A stretch of DNA of 64,000 nucleotides from an uncultured Phascolarctobacterium sp. (GCA_947629685.1 CANREP010000001.1:113958-177957); one strand, 5' to 3'; numbered from the stretch's first letter, positions 35,510 through 45,021 are shown. Made by a program: numbers and translations. The notes: generated by a model from the sequence alone, not told the origin.

Positions 35510-35557
35510 AAAATAAAAAACAAAAGGAAACTGCAATGCAGTTTCCTTTTGTTTTTT
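35510..35557. terminator. bidirectional intrinsic terminator
   Basis: AAAAGGAAACTGCA/TGCAGTTTCCTTTT stem flanked by A- and T-runs, downstream of the flavodoxin gene. Confidence 0.8.
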
Positions 35558-35606
35558 GGAGGAGAAAATATTTATTCACCTGATTTTCAGGTAAACACAC
35601 AATAAA

Positions 35607-36032
35607 TTATTTGCCGGCCAGCAGACGGCCGATCGCAGCGCAGGCTTCCAAAGCAGCAGGATCCGGCTCGTTAAGCGCCAATACTCCCGGCGCTACCAGC
35701 TGCGCGCCTGCTGCGGCAACCCTTGCTTCCCAGTCCTGCATATAGGACCCGCCCCAGCCGTAAGAGCCAAACAAAGCCACTTTCTTACCGGCCAGCATTT
35801 TTTCTAATTCCGCAAAAAACGGCTCAAACTCATATTCTTCCAGCACCTCTGCCCCCATAGCCGAGCAGCCCAATGCCAACGCCGGATATTGTGCCGCGTC
35901 GGCGGCAGTGATTTTGTCTACTTCTGTTAAAAAAGCTTCAGCACCGCTGCTGCTGATAGCTGCGACAACCGCCTGCGCCATCATTTTCGTATTGCCGCTG
36001 CCGCTCCAGTAAATTACAGGTATTTTTTTCAT
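35607..36032 (-). CDS. short-chain flavodoxin
   Basis: 141 aa with the FMN phosphate loop IYWSGSGNT and the GSYGWG motif. Confidence 0.9.
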   Translation of the reverse strand: MKKIPVIYWSGSGNTKMMAQAVVAAISSSGAEAFLTEVDKITAADAAQYPALALGCSAMGAEVLEEYEFEPFFAELEKMLAGKKVALFGSYGWGGSYMQDWEARVAAAGAQLVAPGVLALNEPDPAALEACAAIGRLLAGK

Positions 36033-36042
36033 AGTAGCCTCC

Positions 36043-36618
36043 TTACACAGCTGTTACTGCATTATAAAGTGATAGACCTTCCGTCAGCTTCTGCAGGACG
36101 GAATCTCTGCATTTCTCATAGGTTGCAAAAAGTTTCTTTGCCTGTTCTACGTCTCCGTATACTTTCCAATAGCCGCTGTATTTACACCTGCAGCCCTTAT
36201 GCAGCACAAACCCCAGTACATCTTCCAGCGGATAACCCAGAAAGATGCCTATTTCATGAGGAAAGCCGCATTCCTGCTGCAGCCTGCTTTCTAAAGTCAA
36301 AAGATCCTCTTTCAGAGAATTTTTCCCGCCGTACCCGGCAGCAGTCAGATAAGCGCGGCAGCCTTTGTCCTGTAATACCTGACGCAACTTTTCTTCATTA
36401 TAGATTAAAAGCAGGCTGCGCCTGCTGCACCGGCACACCAGCCGGAAAACTATACCCTGCGGCGCAAAGTCTTTGTTATATTCATGCAGCAGCTGCTGCA
36501 GCTTTGCCATATCCATATGCGGCAGCGAGATTACATTAGCCGGCTTCACCTGCATTAGTACTGGCGCACAGTGAAAGGCCAGCAGTTCATCAAATCCATG
36601 AAAACCGAACAGATCCAT
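36043..36618 (-). CDS. DUF3793 family protein
   Basis: About 190 aa, ...LAFHCAPVLMQVKPANV...EIGIFLGYPLEDVLGF...YWKVYGD..., which I recognise as the DUF3793 pattern. The ATG at 36618 has SD GGGAGG; the longest ORF starts at 36660. Confidence 0.6.
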   Translation of the reverse strand: MDLFGFHGFDELLAFHCAPVLMQVKPANVISLPHMDMAKLQQLLHEYNKDFAPQGIVFRLVCRCSRRSLLLIYNEEKLRQVLQDKGCRAYLTAAGYGGKNSLKEDLLTLESRLQQECGFPHEIGIFLGYPLEDVLGFVLHKGCRCKYSGYWKVYGDVEQAKKLFATYEKCRDSVLQKLTEGLSLYNAVTAV

Positions 36619-36645
36619 GTTTACCTCCCTGTCATGATAGTTTTT

Positions 36646-36732
36646 GCTAACCAATGCCAAACAGAAGATGCAAAGGGATAGTCAAGGTCAATTATATATA
36701 ATACAGAAGGGTTAAATTCCGCATTGGTTAGC
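36646..36732. repeat. perfect 12-bp inverted repeat separated by 63 nt
   Basis: GCTAACCAATGC (36646-57) and GCATTGGTTAGC (36721-32), upstream of the DUF3793 start codon. Confidence 0.8.
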
Positions 36733-36804
36733 ATCAACTAACTTTAGTGTTATCTTAACACATTTTATCCGAGTTAGCAATAGCTAATTTAAAATTTTTC
36801 TATC

Positions 36805-36841
36805 AAAAGAAAAACACGGGAGAAAATCATTCCTCCCGTGT
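36805..36841 (-). terminator. intrinsic terminator overlapping the 3' end of the aminotransferase gene
   Basis: Minus strand: ACACGGGAG-loop-CTCCCGTGT followed by TTTTTCTTTT. The stop codon lies in the loop. Confidence 0.7.
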
Positions 36842-38053
36842 CCTATTCCCGTGCACAGCTACATCTGCACACAAAAGTTGCAGCTGCTGCCTGATGTTGC
36901 TATTTTCGTCCGGCAGCACTACCGTCAGCCTTATACAGCCTGCCAGCTGCGGACAGGCAGCAAAGTCAGCTGCCAGTATACCGTGACTCAGCAGGAACCG
37001 ATAAATAAAATGGCCGCTTTTTTCCAGTGCTGTCATCACTTCGTCCCTGCCATATACTTCGTCATAGCTTTCCGCCAATATTTCCGCCATCCTGCCACTG
37101 GCCCGGAAAAGCACGAAATTTGCTGCCGACGGCCAGACTTCAAACCCCTGCTGCTGTAAAAAATCCGTAAGCAGTTCGCGCTCCTGTACAACTTTTTTAA
37201 TCAAATCCTTGTACAGCAGCTTATTCTCATACACAACCTTTGCTGTCATAAGCGTATAGGCATTTACCTGGTAGGGCAAAAGCGTTTTGCCTAAAATCCG
37301 AATAATTCCGCTGCAGCCTACGGCATAACCGCACCGCAGTCCCGCCAGCCCATATGCCTTGGAAAAAGTACGTATACATAAAAGATTGCTGTATTTATTG
37401 CTGATAGTCAGGACTGACCCCGCTACCAGCCAGATTTTATTAAGCGGCCGCATATCCAAACTGTCCACATCTCTGCCGCCGGCAAATTCCATACAAGCCT
37501 CGTCAACTACTACCGGACATTTTACCGAAGCAACTATTCTTTCTATTTGCGGCAAAGGATTATAGTTGCCGGTAGGATTATTGGGATTACAGATAATCAG
37601 CAGCGCCACCTGCTCTTTCTGGCAGAAACTGATGACCGCCTCGGCATCCAGATAACCGTCTTCCCTAAGCCTGTACGGCGCCGCCTCGCTGTCCGAAAGC
37701 TGCACATAGGTCGCGTACATGTCATAGGACGGCACAGGGAAAGCAATCTTCCTGCCGCTGCCGCCGAAAGCGTAGCAGGCCTTCTGCAGCAGCTCTCCCG
37801 CTCCGTTGCCGATTCTGACGTTATCTTCCGGCAGATCGAGCTCCTTGGCGATAACACCGCTCAGGTTCTCCGCTTTAATAGGCGGATAACGGTGAAAAGG
37901 AAAGGTCTCGGTCATACTGAGAATTTTTTCCTTTACCGCTTCCGGCATGGGGTAATTGCTCTCATTAGTGTCGGCAATAATCTTAGCTTCGACGTGCTGC
38001 ACTGTATAGCCGCTGAGATTTTCTATACTCTTACGTACATTAAATTCATCCAT
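36827..38053 (-). CDS. class I/II PLP-dependent aminotransferase, histidinol-phosphate aminotransferase family
   Basis: 408 aa with NPNNPTG, the PLP-lysine context RTFSKAYGLAGLRCGY and HisC/CobD-like length. Confidence 0.75.
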   Translation of the reverse strand: MDEFNVRKSIENLSGYTVQHVEAKIIADTNESNYPMPEAVKEKILSMTETFPFHRYPPIKAENLSGVIAKELDLPEDNVRIGNGAGELLQKACYAFGGSGRKIAFPVPSYDMYATYVQLSDSEAAPYRLREDGYLDAEAVISFCQKEQVALLIICNPNNPTGNYNPLPQIERIVASVKCPVVVDEACMEFAGGRDVDSLDMRPLNKIWLVAGSVLTISNKYSNLLCIRTFSKAYGLAGLRCGYAVGCSGIIRILGKTLLPYQVNAYTLMTAKVVYENKLLYKDLIKKVVQERELLTDFLQQQGFEVWPSAANFVLFRASGRMAEILAESYDEVYGRDEVMTALEKSGHFIYRFLLSHGILAADFAACPQLAGCIRLTVVLPDENSNIRQQLQLLCADVAVHGNRTREE

Positions 38054-38063
38054 AAAATTTTCC

Positions 38064-38360
38064 TCAGTCTTTGTCGCGGCGCAGCAGCGGCATCACGGAG
38101 TTATAACCGTCCGCACCATAGACAAGGCAGCGTTTGACACGGGAGATAGTAGCGGTGCTGGCGCCTGTTTTTTCCACGATTGTCTCATAAATGCAGCCTT
38201 CATCCAGCATCCGCGCTACTTCAAGACGCTGCGCCATCGCCTTGAGCTCGCTGATAGTACAGATATCTTCAAAAAAACGGTAGCACTGCTCTTTATCCTG
38301 CAGGCTCAAAATGGCAGTGAACAGCTGATCCGTAAGTTCATCGCGTATTTTATCTGACAT
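38064..38360 (-). CDS. YerC/YecD family TrpR-related protein
   Basis: About 98 aa, ...FFEDICTISELKAMAQRLEVARML..G..Y..I...TGASTATISRVKR.L.YG. ATG 38360 with SD GGGAGG. Confidence 0.8.
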   Translation of the reverse strand: MSDKIRDELTDQLFTAILSLQDKEQCYRFFEDICTISELKAMAQRLEVARMLDEGCIYETIVEKTGASTATISRVKRCLVYGADGYNSVMPLLRRDKD

Positions 38361-38409
38361 GGTAAATCCTCCCTTGCACACTACAGTCTTTTATCTTTAC
38401 TTTATCACT

Positions 38410-38432
38410 TTATCTTGTGAAAGACAAGATAA
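38410..38432. promoter_or_regulatory. 23-bp perfect palindrome (candidate operator)
   Basis: TTATCTTGT-GAAAG-ACAAGATAA, 50 nt upstream of the yerC-like start and 24 nt upstream of the metN -35. Confidence 0.5.
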
Positions 38433-38455
38433 AAATATTTAAAGTAATATTTTTG

Positions 38456-38484
38456 TTGACAATATTTGAAAATCATTGTATCAT
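38456..38484 (+). promoter_or_regulatory. sigma-70-type promoter of the S-box metNIQ operon
   Basis: TTGACA (38456-61), 17 nt, TATCAT (38479-84). Confidence 0.6.
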
Positions 38485-38503
38485 TAACTCACTAACTTAA
38501 CAG

Positions 38504-38608
38504 TTATTCATCAAGAGTAGCCGAGGGACTGGCCCAATGAAGCTACGGCAACCACACTTTATGTGAACGGTGCCAAATCCAACGGAGTAATCCGGCAGAT
38601 GAAGAAGT
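38504..38608 (+). promoter_or_regulatory. SAM-I (S-box) riboswitch
   Basis: TTCATCAAGAGTAGCCGAGGGACTGGCCCAATGAAGCTACGGCAACC...GTGCCAAATCCAAC...GATGAA matches the S-box core (ATCAAGAG, GAGGGACTGGCCC.ATGA, GGCAACC, GTGCCAA.TCC). The P1 helix pairs TTCATC with GATGAA. Confidence 0.9.
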
Positions 38609-38628
38609 GCTTGACCATAACGACATGT

Positions 38629-38658
38629 ACCCTTCGCTGACTGGTGAAGGGTTTTTTT
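38629..38658 (+). terminator. riboswitch expression-platform terminator
   Basis: ACCCTTC-loop-GAAGGGT followed by TTTTTTT, 32 nt before metN. Confidence 0.85.
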
Positions 38659-38689
38659 ATTCTGTAAAACAAGAAAGGATGCTGTTTTT

Positions 38690-39727
38690 ATGATAGAACT
38701 GCTTAACATCGAAAAAACCTACTACAGCAAAGCAGGCGATATCCACGCCCTCAAAACCACCAACCTGCATATTAAGGAAGGAGAGATTTTCGGCATCATC
38801 GGTTTATCCGGCGCAGGCAAATCCACCCTGGTACGCTGCATCAATATGCTGGAAAAACCTACGGCAGGCAGAGTTATCGTTGATGGCGCCGACCTGACGG
38901 CCATGAACGACACCCAGCTGCGTAAAGCGCGGCAGAGCATCGGCATGATCTTCCAGCACTTTAATCTGCTGGCTTCCCGCACCGTGTACGACAACATCGC
39001 TTTCCCCCTGGAAATCCAGGGTCTCAGTAAAGACGAAATTGACAAAAGAGTTCGTCCGCTGCTGGAACTGGTTCAGCTGGAAACAAGAGCCGACTATTAC
39101 CCCAGTCAGCTGTCCGGCGGTCAAAAACAGCGTGTAGGCATTGCCCGCGCCCTGGCCAGCAACCCCAAAGTACTGCTGTGCGATGAGGCCACCTCCGCAC
39201 TTGATCCGCAGACCACCAAGTCCATACTGGATTTGCTGAAAGACATCAACCGCAAGATGAATCTCACCATCGTCATGATTACCCACCAGATGGAAGTAGT
39301 CAAGGCAGTCTGCGACCGGGTCGCTGTTATCGAAAACGGCATTATTATTGAAGAAGGACCCATGATCGACGTTTTCACCAATCCCCAGCATCCCACCACT
39401 AAAGAATTCACGAAAAGCGCGACTAACGATAATTTTGCAGCCATGCTCAAGAATATGCATCTGTCCGAGCAATACAGCAACGGCAGCAAGCTGATTACCC
39501 GTATTTCTTTTCTGGGTAATTCCGCCGGCGAGCCTATCGTATCCGGCATGGTTAAAAAATTCGACGTCGATGTCAGCATCCTGTACGGCAACATCGACCA
39601 TCTGAAAGACGTTCCCTTCGGCACGCTGGTTATCGAGATTTCCGGCAGCAAAGAAGGCATCGAAAACGCCCTGGCCTACCTGCACGGTCAGGATCTGAAA
39701 ACGGAGGTAATCGGTTATGAGTCCTGA
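38690..39727 (+). CDS. metN: methionine ABC transporter ATP-binding protein
   Basis: 345 aa with Walker A GLSGAGKST, signature LSGGQKQR and a C-terminal NIL regulatory domain. Confidence 0.9.
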   Translation: MIELLNIEKTYYSKAGDIHALKTTNLHIKEGEIFGIIGLSGAGKSTLVRCINMLEKPTAGRVIVDGADLTAMNDTQLRKARQSIGMIFQHFNLLASRTVYDNIAFPLEIQGLSKDEIDKRVRPLLELVQLETRADYYPSQLSGGQKQRVGIARALASNPKVLLCDEATSALDPQTTKSILDLLKDINRKMNLTIVMITHQMEVVKAVCDRVAVIENGIIIEEGPMIDVFTNPQHPTTKEFTKSATNDNFAAMLKNMHLSEQYSNGSKLITRISFLGNSAGEPIVSGMVKKFDVDVSILYGNIDHLKDVPFGTLVIEISGSKEGIENALAYLHGQDLKTEVIGYES

Positions 39728-40376
39728 TATGATTGATCTTTTAATAAAATCCTTTTTTGAAACCTGCTACATGGTCATTGTTTCCACGGTCATGGCTACC
39801 GTCATCGGTATCCCGCTGGGCGTTATCCTGACCGTAACCCGTAAAGACCATATCCTGCCTAACTCGGCGGTAAATTCCATCCTGGGAGCCATCGTCAACG
39901 CTACCCGTTCCACTCCCTTCATCATCCTCATGGTAGCAATCATCCCGCTGACCCGTATCATCGTCGGCTCTTCCATCGGCACTACGGCCGCTATCGTCCC
40001 GCTGACGATTTCTGCCGCTCCCTTTATTGCCCGTATCATTGAATCTTCCCTGTTGGAAATCAACCCCGGCGTTATTGAAGCAGCTCAGGCTATGGGCGCC
40101 AGCCCCATGCAGATCATCACTAAAGTACTGCTGCCGGAAGCGCTTCATTCCATCGTTTTAGGCGTTACGTTAGCTATCATCAGCCTGATTGGCTACTCTG
40201 CCATGGCAGGCGCGCTGGGCGGCGGCGGTCTCGGCGACTTGGCTATACGTTACGGCTATCAGCGTTTCCAGCTGGACGTTATGATTACTACCGTCATCAT
40301 CCTCATCATCATGGTACAGGCCATGCAGTCGCTGGGCAACTGGATGTCCAAAAAGCTGAACAAAAACAAACTTTAA
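39717..40376 (+). CDS. metI: methionine ABC transporter permease
   Basis: 219 aa with 5 TM helices and an EAA-type loop (IEAAQAMGASPMQII). Confidence 0.9.
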   Translation: MSPDMIDLLIKSFFETCYMVIVSTVMATVIGIPLGVILTVTRKDHILPNSAVNSILGAIVNATRSTPFIILMVAIIPLTRIIVGSSIGTTAAIVPLTISAAPFIARIIESSLLEINPGVIEAAQAMGASPMQIITKVLLPEALHSIVLGVTLAIISLIGYSAMAGALGGGGLGDLAIRYGYQRFQLDVMITTVIILIIMVQAMQSLGNWMSKKLNKNKL

Positions 40377-40438
40377 GGCAGCCCTGCTGTTTAAAGATAA
40401 ATATCAACACTTATAAGACAATCAAGGAGGAATTCAAC

Positions 40439-41257
40439 ATGAAAAACATTTTCAGACTTTTTGCTGCAGCAATCTGTCTGCTGGCCCTTCTGACAGCAGG
40501 CTGCGGTTCCGACGACAGCAAAAACAAAGACAGCAAGGCTCCCGTTAAAATCGGCGTTACTGCCGGCCCCCATGCAGAAATCATGGACAACGTAAAGAAA
40601 CTGGCAGCCAAAGAAGGTCTGCAGGTAGAGGTAGTGGAATTTTCCGACTACGTTACCCCCAACGTTTCCCTGTATCAGGAAGAGCTTTTTGCCAACAGTA
40701 TGCAACATACTCCTTATCTGGCAGCAACCAAGGAAAAAGAGCCTAAATTCGACCTGGTAGAAGTCTTCAAGACTGTAAACTTCCCCATGGCTGTTTACTC
40801 CAAAACCCTGAAAAAGGGCGACGCTATCCCTGACGGCGCTATCATCGGCATCCCCAACGATCCTTCCAACGGCGGACGCGCTCTGCTGCTTTTAGCAGAC
40901 AAAGGTTTGATCAAGGTTAAAGATATCAATGATGTTACTACCACCGTTAAGGACATTACCGAAAATCCCCATAACTATGTGATCCGCGAACTGGACGCAG
41001 CCATCATCCCCAACAGCCTGCCTGATTTGACCATCGCCGTCATCAACGCCAACTACGCTATCCCCGCAGGCCTTAATCCGACCAAAGACTCTCTCCTGCT
41101 GGAAAAAGCTGATAATCCCTACGTCAATATCTTTGTAACCAAAGAAAAATACAAAGATGATCCGCGTATCGCACAACTGAAAAAAATCTATCAATCCGAC
41201 GCAAACAAAAAATTCATCGACGAGCATTTCCAAGGCTCCATCGTTGCCGGCTGGTAA
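40439..41257 (+). CDS. metQ: MetQ/NlpA-family methionine-binding lipoprotein
   Basis: 272 aa with lipobox LLTAGC/GS and the NlpA family pattern ...IGVTAGPHAEI.... Confidence 0.9.
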   Translation: MKNIFRLFAAAICLLALLTAGCGSDDSKNKDSKAPVKIGVTAGPHAEIMDNVKKLAAKEGLQVEVVEFSDYVTPNVSLYQEELFANSMQHTPYLAATKEKEPKFDLVEVFKTVNFPMAVYSKTLKKGDAIPDGAIIGIPNDPSNGGRALLLLADKGLIKVKDINDVTTTVKDITENPHNYVIRELDAAIIPNSLPDLTIAVINANYAIPAGLNPTKDSLLLEKADNPYVNIFVTKEKYKDDPRIAQLKKIYQSDANKKFIDEHFQGSIVAGW

Positions 41258-41260
41258 CAT

Positions 41261-41291
41261 AAAAGCGGCTGCTATCAGGCAGCCGCTTTTT
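41261..41291 (+). terminator. intrinsic terminator after metQ
   Basis: AGCGGCTGC-TATCAG-GCAGCCGCT followed by TTTTT. Confidence 0.85.
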
Positions 41292-41382
41292 ATTTGATAA
41301 AAATTTGACATTTATTTTTATCAAATCTATTATAATCTATATAGAAACATATCCAGATTAAGCATACAGAGGAGGCATTTGC

Positions 41383-41910
41383 ATGAATATCTGGCATGAC
41401 ATTGATCCTAAACGTATCTCTCCCGATGATTTTTGCGCAGTTATCGAAATTCCCAAAGGCTGCAAGGTAAAATATGAACTGGATAAAGAGACCGGCCTTT
41501 TAAAAATGGATCGCGTACTCTTCACCTCTACCCACTACCCTGCCAACTATGGTTTCATCCCCCGCACTTACGCCGCTGACAACGACCCGCTGGACGTTTT
41601 GGTGTTATGCTCGGAGGAAGTAGTTCCTCTGACGCTGATGCGCTGCTATCCTATCGGCGTTATCATCATGGAAGACAACGGTGATATGGACGAAAAAATT
41701 ATCGCTATCCCGTTCGGCGACCCCATGTATAACTCTTATAAATCTATCACCGAACTGCCGCAGCATATCAGCGACGAAATGATCCACTTCTTCTCCGTTT
41801 ACAAATCGTTAGAAGGAAAAAGCACCGCTCTGGAAGAAGCCCACGGCGTAGAACGCGCCAGAGAAATCATCCTGCAGTGCCAGCAGCGCTACAAAGACGA
41901 ATTTTGCTGA
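41383..41910 (+). CDS. ppa: inorganic pyrophosphatase, family I
   Basis: 175 aa with IEIPKG...KYE.D, YP.NYGFIP.T...D.DPLDVLV and DEK..A. Confidence 0.9.
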   Translation: MNIWHDIDPKRISPDDFCAVIEIPKGCKVKYELDKETGLLKMDRVLFTSTHYPANYGFIPRTYAADNDPLDVLVLCSEEVVPLTLMRCYPIGVIIMEDNGDMDEKIIAIPFGDPMYNSYKSITELPQHISDEMIHFFSVYKSLEGKSTALEEAHGVERAREIILQCQQRYKDEFC

Positions 41911-41953
41911 AAAAATAAAAAGCACTTGCATCGCAAGTGCTTTTTATTTTTTT
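41911..41953. terminator. bidirectional intrinsic terminator
   Basis: AAGCACTTGC-ATC-GCAAGTGCTT flanked by A- and T-runs, between ppa and the TetR gene. Confidence 0.85.
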
Positions 41954-42612
41954 GCCGAGCCATACAGAAAACGGTCAATAATGATAGCGGCAATTTTCTC
42001 AGTTTCAAGATTAGAGTCATACTCGCGCTGATTAAACACGCACATGGCTACGCTCCAGAAAAGTTCCCTGGTGACTATATGGGAATCTCCCTCTTTCAGG
42101 AAACCAATCCGCATCCCTTCCACAATAACATTGTAAAGGATGATGAACTCCGCTTCCATAATCAATGAATACCTCAGCACCTGCTCTTTCAGCTTCTCCG
42201 AAGGCTCCACATTACTATACCGCGACAGGATGACGTATTCATCCCCATTTTTTAATACGCGGCAGCCGTTGCCTATACCCAGCATTTCAAAGCAGACTAT
42301 CTGCCACAGCGCATAATGCTCACGATAAAAGCCGACCATCGTCGTCATATAGGCCAACAGCTTCGCTTCAATATCGGCAGCCCCGTCCACGACTTCCTGC
42401 AGTTTTTCTACAAAAGGCGTATTTTTGTCGGAAATCAGTTTATAAAAAAGCTGCTCCTTATTGCCAAAATATTTATAAACCGTACCCTTGCCAACATCTG
42501 CCAGAGCGATGATCTCATCCACAGTGGCTTTTTCATAGCCTCTGGCAGAAAAGACCTTTTCCGCGGCCAGCAGGATACGCTGATCCTTAGGCAGGCTCAC
42601 ATCAATTTGCAC
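41944..42612 (-). CDS. TetR/AcrR-family transcriptional regulator
   Basis: 222 aa with an N-terminal HTH ...FSARGYEKATVDEIIALADVGKGTVYKYF. Confidence 0.9.
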   Translation of the reverse strand: MQIDVSLPKDQRILLAAEKVFSARGYEKATVDEIIALADVGKGTVYKYFGNKEQLFYKLISDKNTPFVEKLQEVVDGAADIEAKLLAYMTTMVGFYREHYALWQIVCFEMLGIGNGCRVLKNGDEYVILSRYSNVEPSEKLKEQVLRYSLIMEAEFIILYNVIVEGMRIGFLKEGDSHIVTRELFWSVAMCVFNQREYDSNLETEKIAAIIIDRFLYGSAKK

Positions 42613-42832
42613 TCTAACCCCCTCCTTGAAGATTACCGCTCTTAAATATCGTTAGTATTATTATAACCGCTAAACGCACTTATTGCCAGTTTTATACGCT
42701 GCCAGTAACCTGAAAAGGAAATATTTTTTTAAATACTTCCTTAACTTCCTAAGATTGCATATAATATATTTAACCGATATATTTATCCGCAAGTATACGG
42801 AGGCCTATATGTAAGAGTGAGGAGGAATCTTT

Positions 42833-43015
42833 ATGAGCCTGAAAATTATTACCAACCGCTGCAAAGGCTGCGGTATCTGTGCGGCTTTCTGTCCCAAACA
42901 GGTACTTGCCGTCAATGAAGTGGAAAAAATCGAAGCTGTTGCTGAAGAAAATTGCATAAAATGCGGTCAGTGTGAAATGCGCTGCCCTGATTACGCTATA
43001 TTTGTAGAAAAATAA
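42833..43015 (+). CDS. korD: 2-oxoacid:ferredoxin oxidoreductase delta subunit (2x[4Fe-4S] ferredoxin)
   Basis: 60 aa with CKGCGICAAFCP and CIKCGQCEMRCP. Confidence 0.85.
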   Translation: MSLKIITNRCKGCGICAAFCPKQVLAVNEVEKIEAVAEENCIKCGQCEMRCPDYAIFVEK

Positions 43016-43033
43016 TTCAAAGGAGTGACCTGA

Positions 43034-44173
43034 ATGTCTAAAATATTACTGCTGCAAGGAAATCAGGCCGTGGTAGAAGGCGCGATCGCTGCCGGAGTAA
43101 AATTTTTCGGCGGCTATCCCATTACTCCTTCCACGGAAATAGCCGAATCGCTGGCAGAACGTCTGCCTCTTGTCGGCGGCAAATTTATCCAGATGGAAGA
43201 TGAAATCGCATCCATGGGCGCCATCATCGGCGCGTCCCTGACTGGCAAAAAAGTTATGACAGCCACCAGCGGCCCTGGCTTCTCACTGAAACAGGAGCTT
43301 ATCGGCTATGCCTGCGCTGCTGAAATTCCCCTGGTAATCGTCAATGTACAGCGTGTAGGCCCGTCTACCGGCCAGCCTACCTCTCCTTCCCAGGGCGACA
43401 TCATGCAGGCCCGCTGGGGCACGCACGGCGACCACTGGCTTATAGCCATTACTCCGGCCAGCGTTCCCGAATGCTTCGAACTTACTCTGCGCGCTTACGC
43501 TTTAAGCGAAAAATACCGCGTTCCCGTCATCCTGCTCATGGATGAAGTAATCGGCCATATGCGCGAAAAAATCGAACTGCCCGATAACTATGACGAAATC
43601 CCGCAGGCAGAGCGTAAACAGCCTGACTGCGCTCCGGCTGATTTTAAAGCCTATGCTGCTGACGAAAGCCTCGTACCGCCCATGCCGCCATTCGGCAACG
43701 GCTACCGCTGGCATGTAACCGGCCTGGTACATGACGAGACCGGCTTCCCCAAAGGCGCAGGCAGCGCTACTAAAGCTGCCGCCGACCGTCAATACCATAA
43801 ACTGTACGACCATCTTGACGATATCGTCCAAGTAGAAAACTACTGCATGGAAGACGCGGAATATGCCATCGTCGCTTTCGGCGGCGCTGCCCGTACTGCC
43901 TATGAAGCAGTAGATATGGCCCGCAAAGAAGGCATCAAGGCAGGCCTGCTCCGCCCCATCACTATCTGGCCCTTTGCCGAAAACGAAATCCAGAAACTGG
44001 CAGGCAAAGTAAAAGGCATCCTGGTGCATGAGCTGAACCGCGGCCAATATGTATACGAAGTAGAACGTGCTGCCGCAGGCAAAGTACCTGTATACAGCTA
44101 CGCAAAATATGATAACGAACCGGCAACTCCCGCGCAGCTGCTGGCAGAATTCAAAAAAGCAATGGCACTGTAA
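43034..44173 (+). CDS. korA: 2-oxoglutarate/2-oxoacid:ferredoxin oxidoreductase alpha subunit
   Basis: 379 aa with ...GNQAVVEGAIAAGVKFFGGYPITPSTEI...ATSGPGFSL, the KorA/VorA/PorA family pattern. Confidence 0.85.
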   Translation: MSKILLLQGNQAVVEGAIAAGVKFFGGYPITPSTEIAESLAERLPLVGGKFIQMEDEIASMGAIIGASLTGKKVMTATSGPGFSLKQELIGYACAAEIPLVIVNVQRVGPSTGQPTSPSQGDIMQARWGTHGDHWLIAITPASVPECFELTLRAYALSEKYRVPVILLMDEVIGHMREKIELPDNYDEIPQAERKQPDCAPADFKAYAADESLVPPMPPFGNGYRWHVTGLVHDETGFPKGAGSATKAAADRQYHKLYDHLDDIVQVENYCMEDAEYAIVAFGGAARTAYEAVDMARKEGIKAGLLRPITIWPFAENEIQKLAGKVKGILVHELNRGQYVYEVERAAAGKVPVYSYAKYDNEPATPAQLLAEFKKAMAL

Positions 44174-44190
44174 GAGAGGAGAACAATTCT

Positions 44191-45021
44191 ATGAGTATGG
44201 AACAACTGATTGATAAATATTTCCGTCCCGGACGCCTGCCTCATATCTGGTGCCCCGGCTGCGGCAACGGTATCGTAACCGGCGCTATCGTTAAAGCTAT
44301 CGACAAGCTGGCGCTGGAAAAAGATTCTGTGGCTGTTATTTCCGGCATCGGCTGCAGCAGCCGTGCCTCCGGATACCTGGACTTTAATACCGTCCACTCT
44401 GCCCATGGCCGCGCTCTGCCCGTAGCAACCGGCGTTAAACTGGCCGACCCTTCCCTGAACGTTGTCGTAGTAACTGGCGACGGCGATGCCACCGCTATCG
44501 GCGGCAACCACCTCATCCATGCGGCACGCCGCAATATCGACATGACTGTCGTACTGTACAATAACAGCATCTACGGCATGACCGGCGGCCAGTACTCTCC
44601 CATGACCCCCTATGGCAGCAAAGCGACTACCGCTCCCTATGCCACTATCGAACATGATTTTGACATCGCCGAACTGGCTAAAGCAGCAGGCGCTACCTTC
44701 GTAGCGCGCGCTACTACTTTCCATACCCAGCTGCTGGTAGACCTGATTGCCAAAGGTATCCAGCACAAAGGTTTCAGTATCATTGAAGCAGTTTCCGCCT
44801 GCCCCATCTCTTTCGGCAGACAAAACAAGCTGGGCGGCCCTGCCGACATGATGAAATGGCAGCGCGACCACGCAGTTATGCTGCCGGCTTGGAACAAACT
44901 GACCGAAGAACAGCGCAGCGGCAAATTCCCCATCGGTCTGCTTTACGAAGTTACGGACCGCAAAGAATATACAGAAGCTTATGATGAGCTGATTGCCCGT
45001 GCACAGGGAGGTAATAAATAA
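44191..45021 (+). CDS. korB: 2-oxoacid:ferredoxin oxidoreductase beta subunit (TPP-binding)
   Basis: 276 aa with WCPGCG at the N-terminus and the TPP motif GDGD...GGNH...NN..YGMTGGQ. Confidence 0.9.
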   Translation: MSMEQLIDKYFRPGRLPHIWCPGCGNGIVTGAIVKAIDKLALEKDSVAVISGIGCSSRASGYLDFNTVHSAHGRALPVATGVKLADPSLNVVVVTGDGDATAIGGNHLIHAARRNIDMTVVLYNNSIYGMTGGQYSPMTPYGSKATTAPYATIEHDFDIAELAKAAGATFVARATTFHTQLLVDLIAKGIQHKGFSIIEAVSACPISFGRQNKLGGPADMMKWQRDHAVMLPAWNKLTEEQRSGKFPIGLLYEVTDRKEYTEAYDELIARAQGGNK

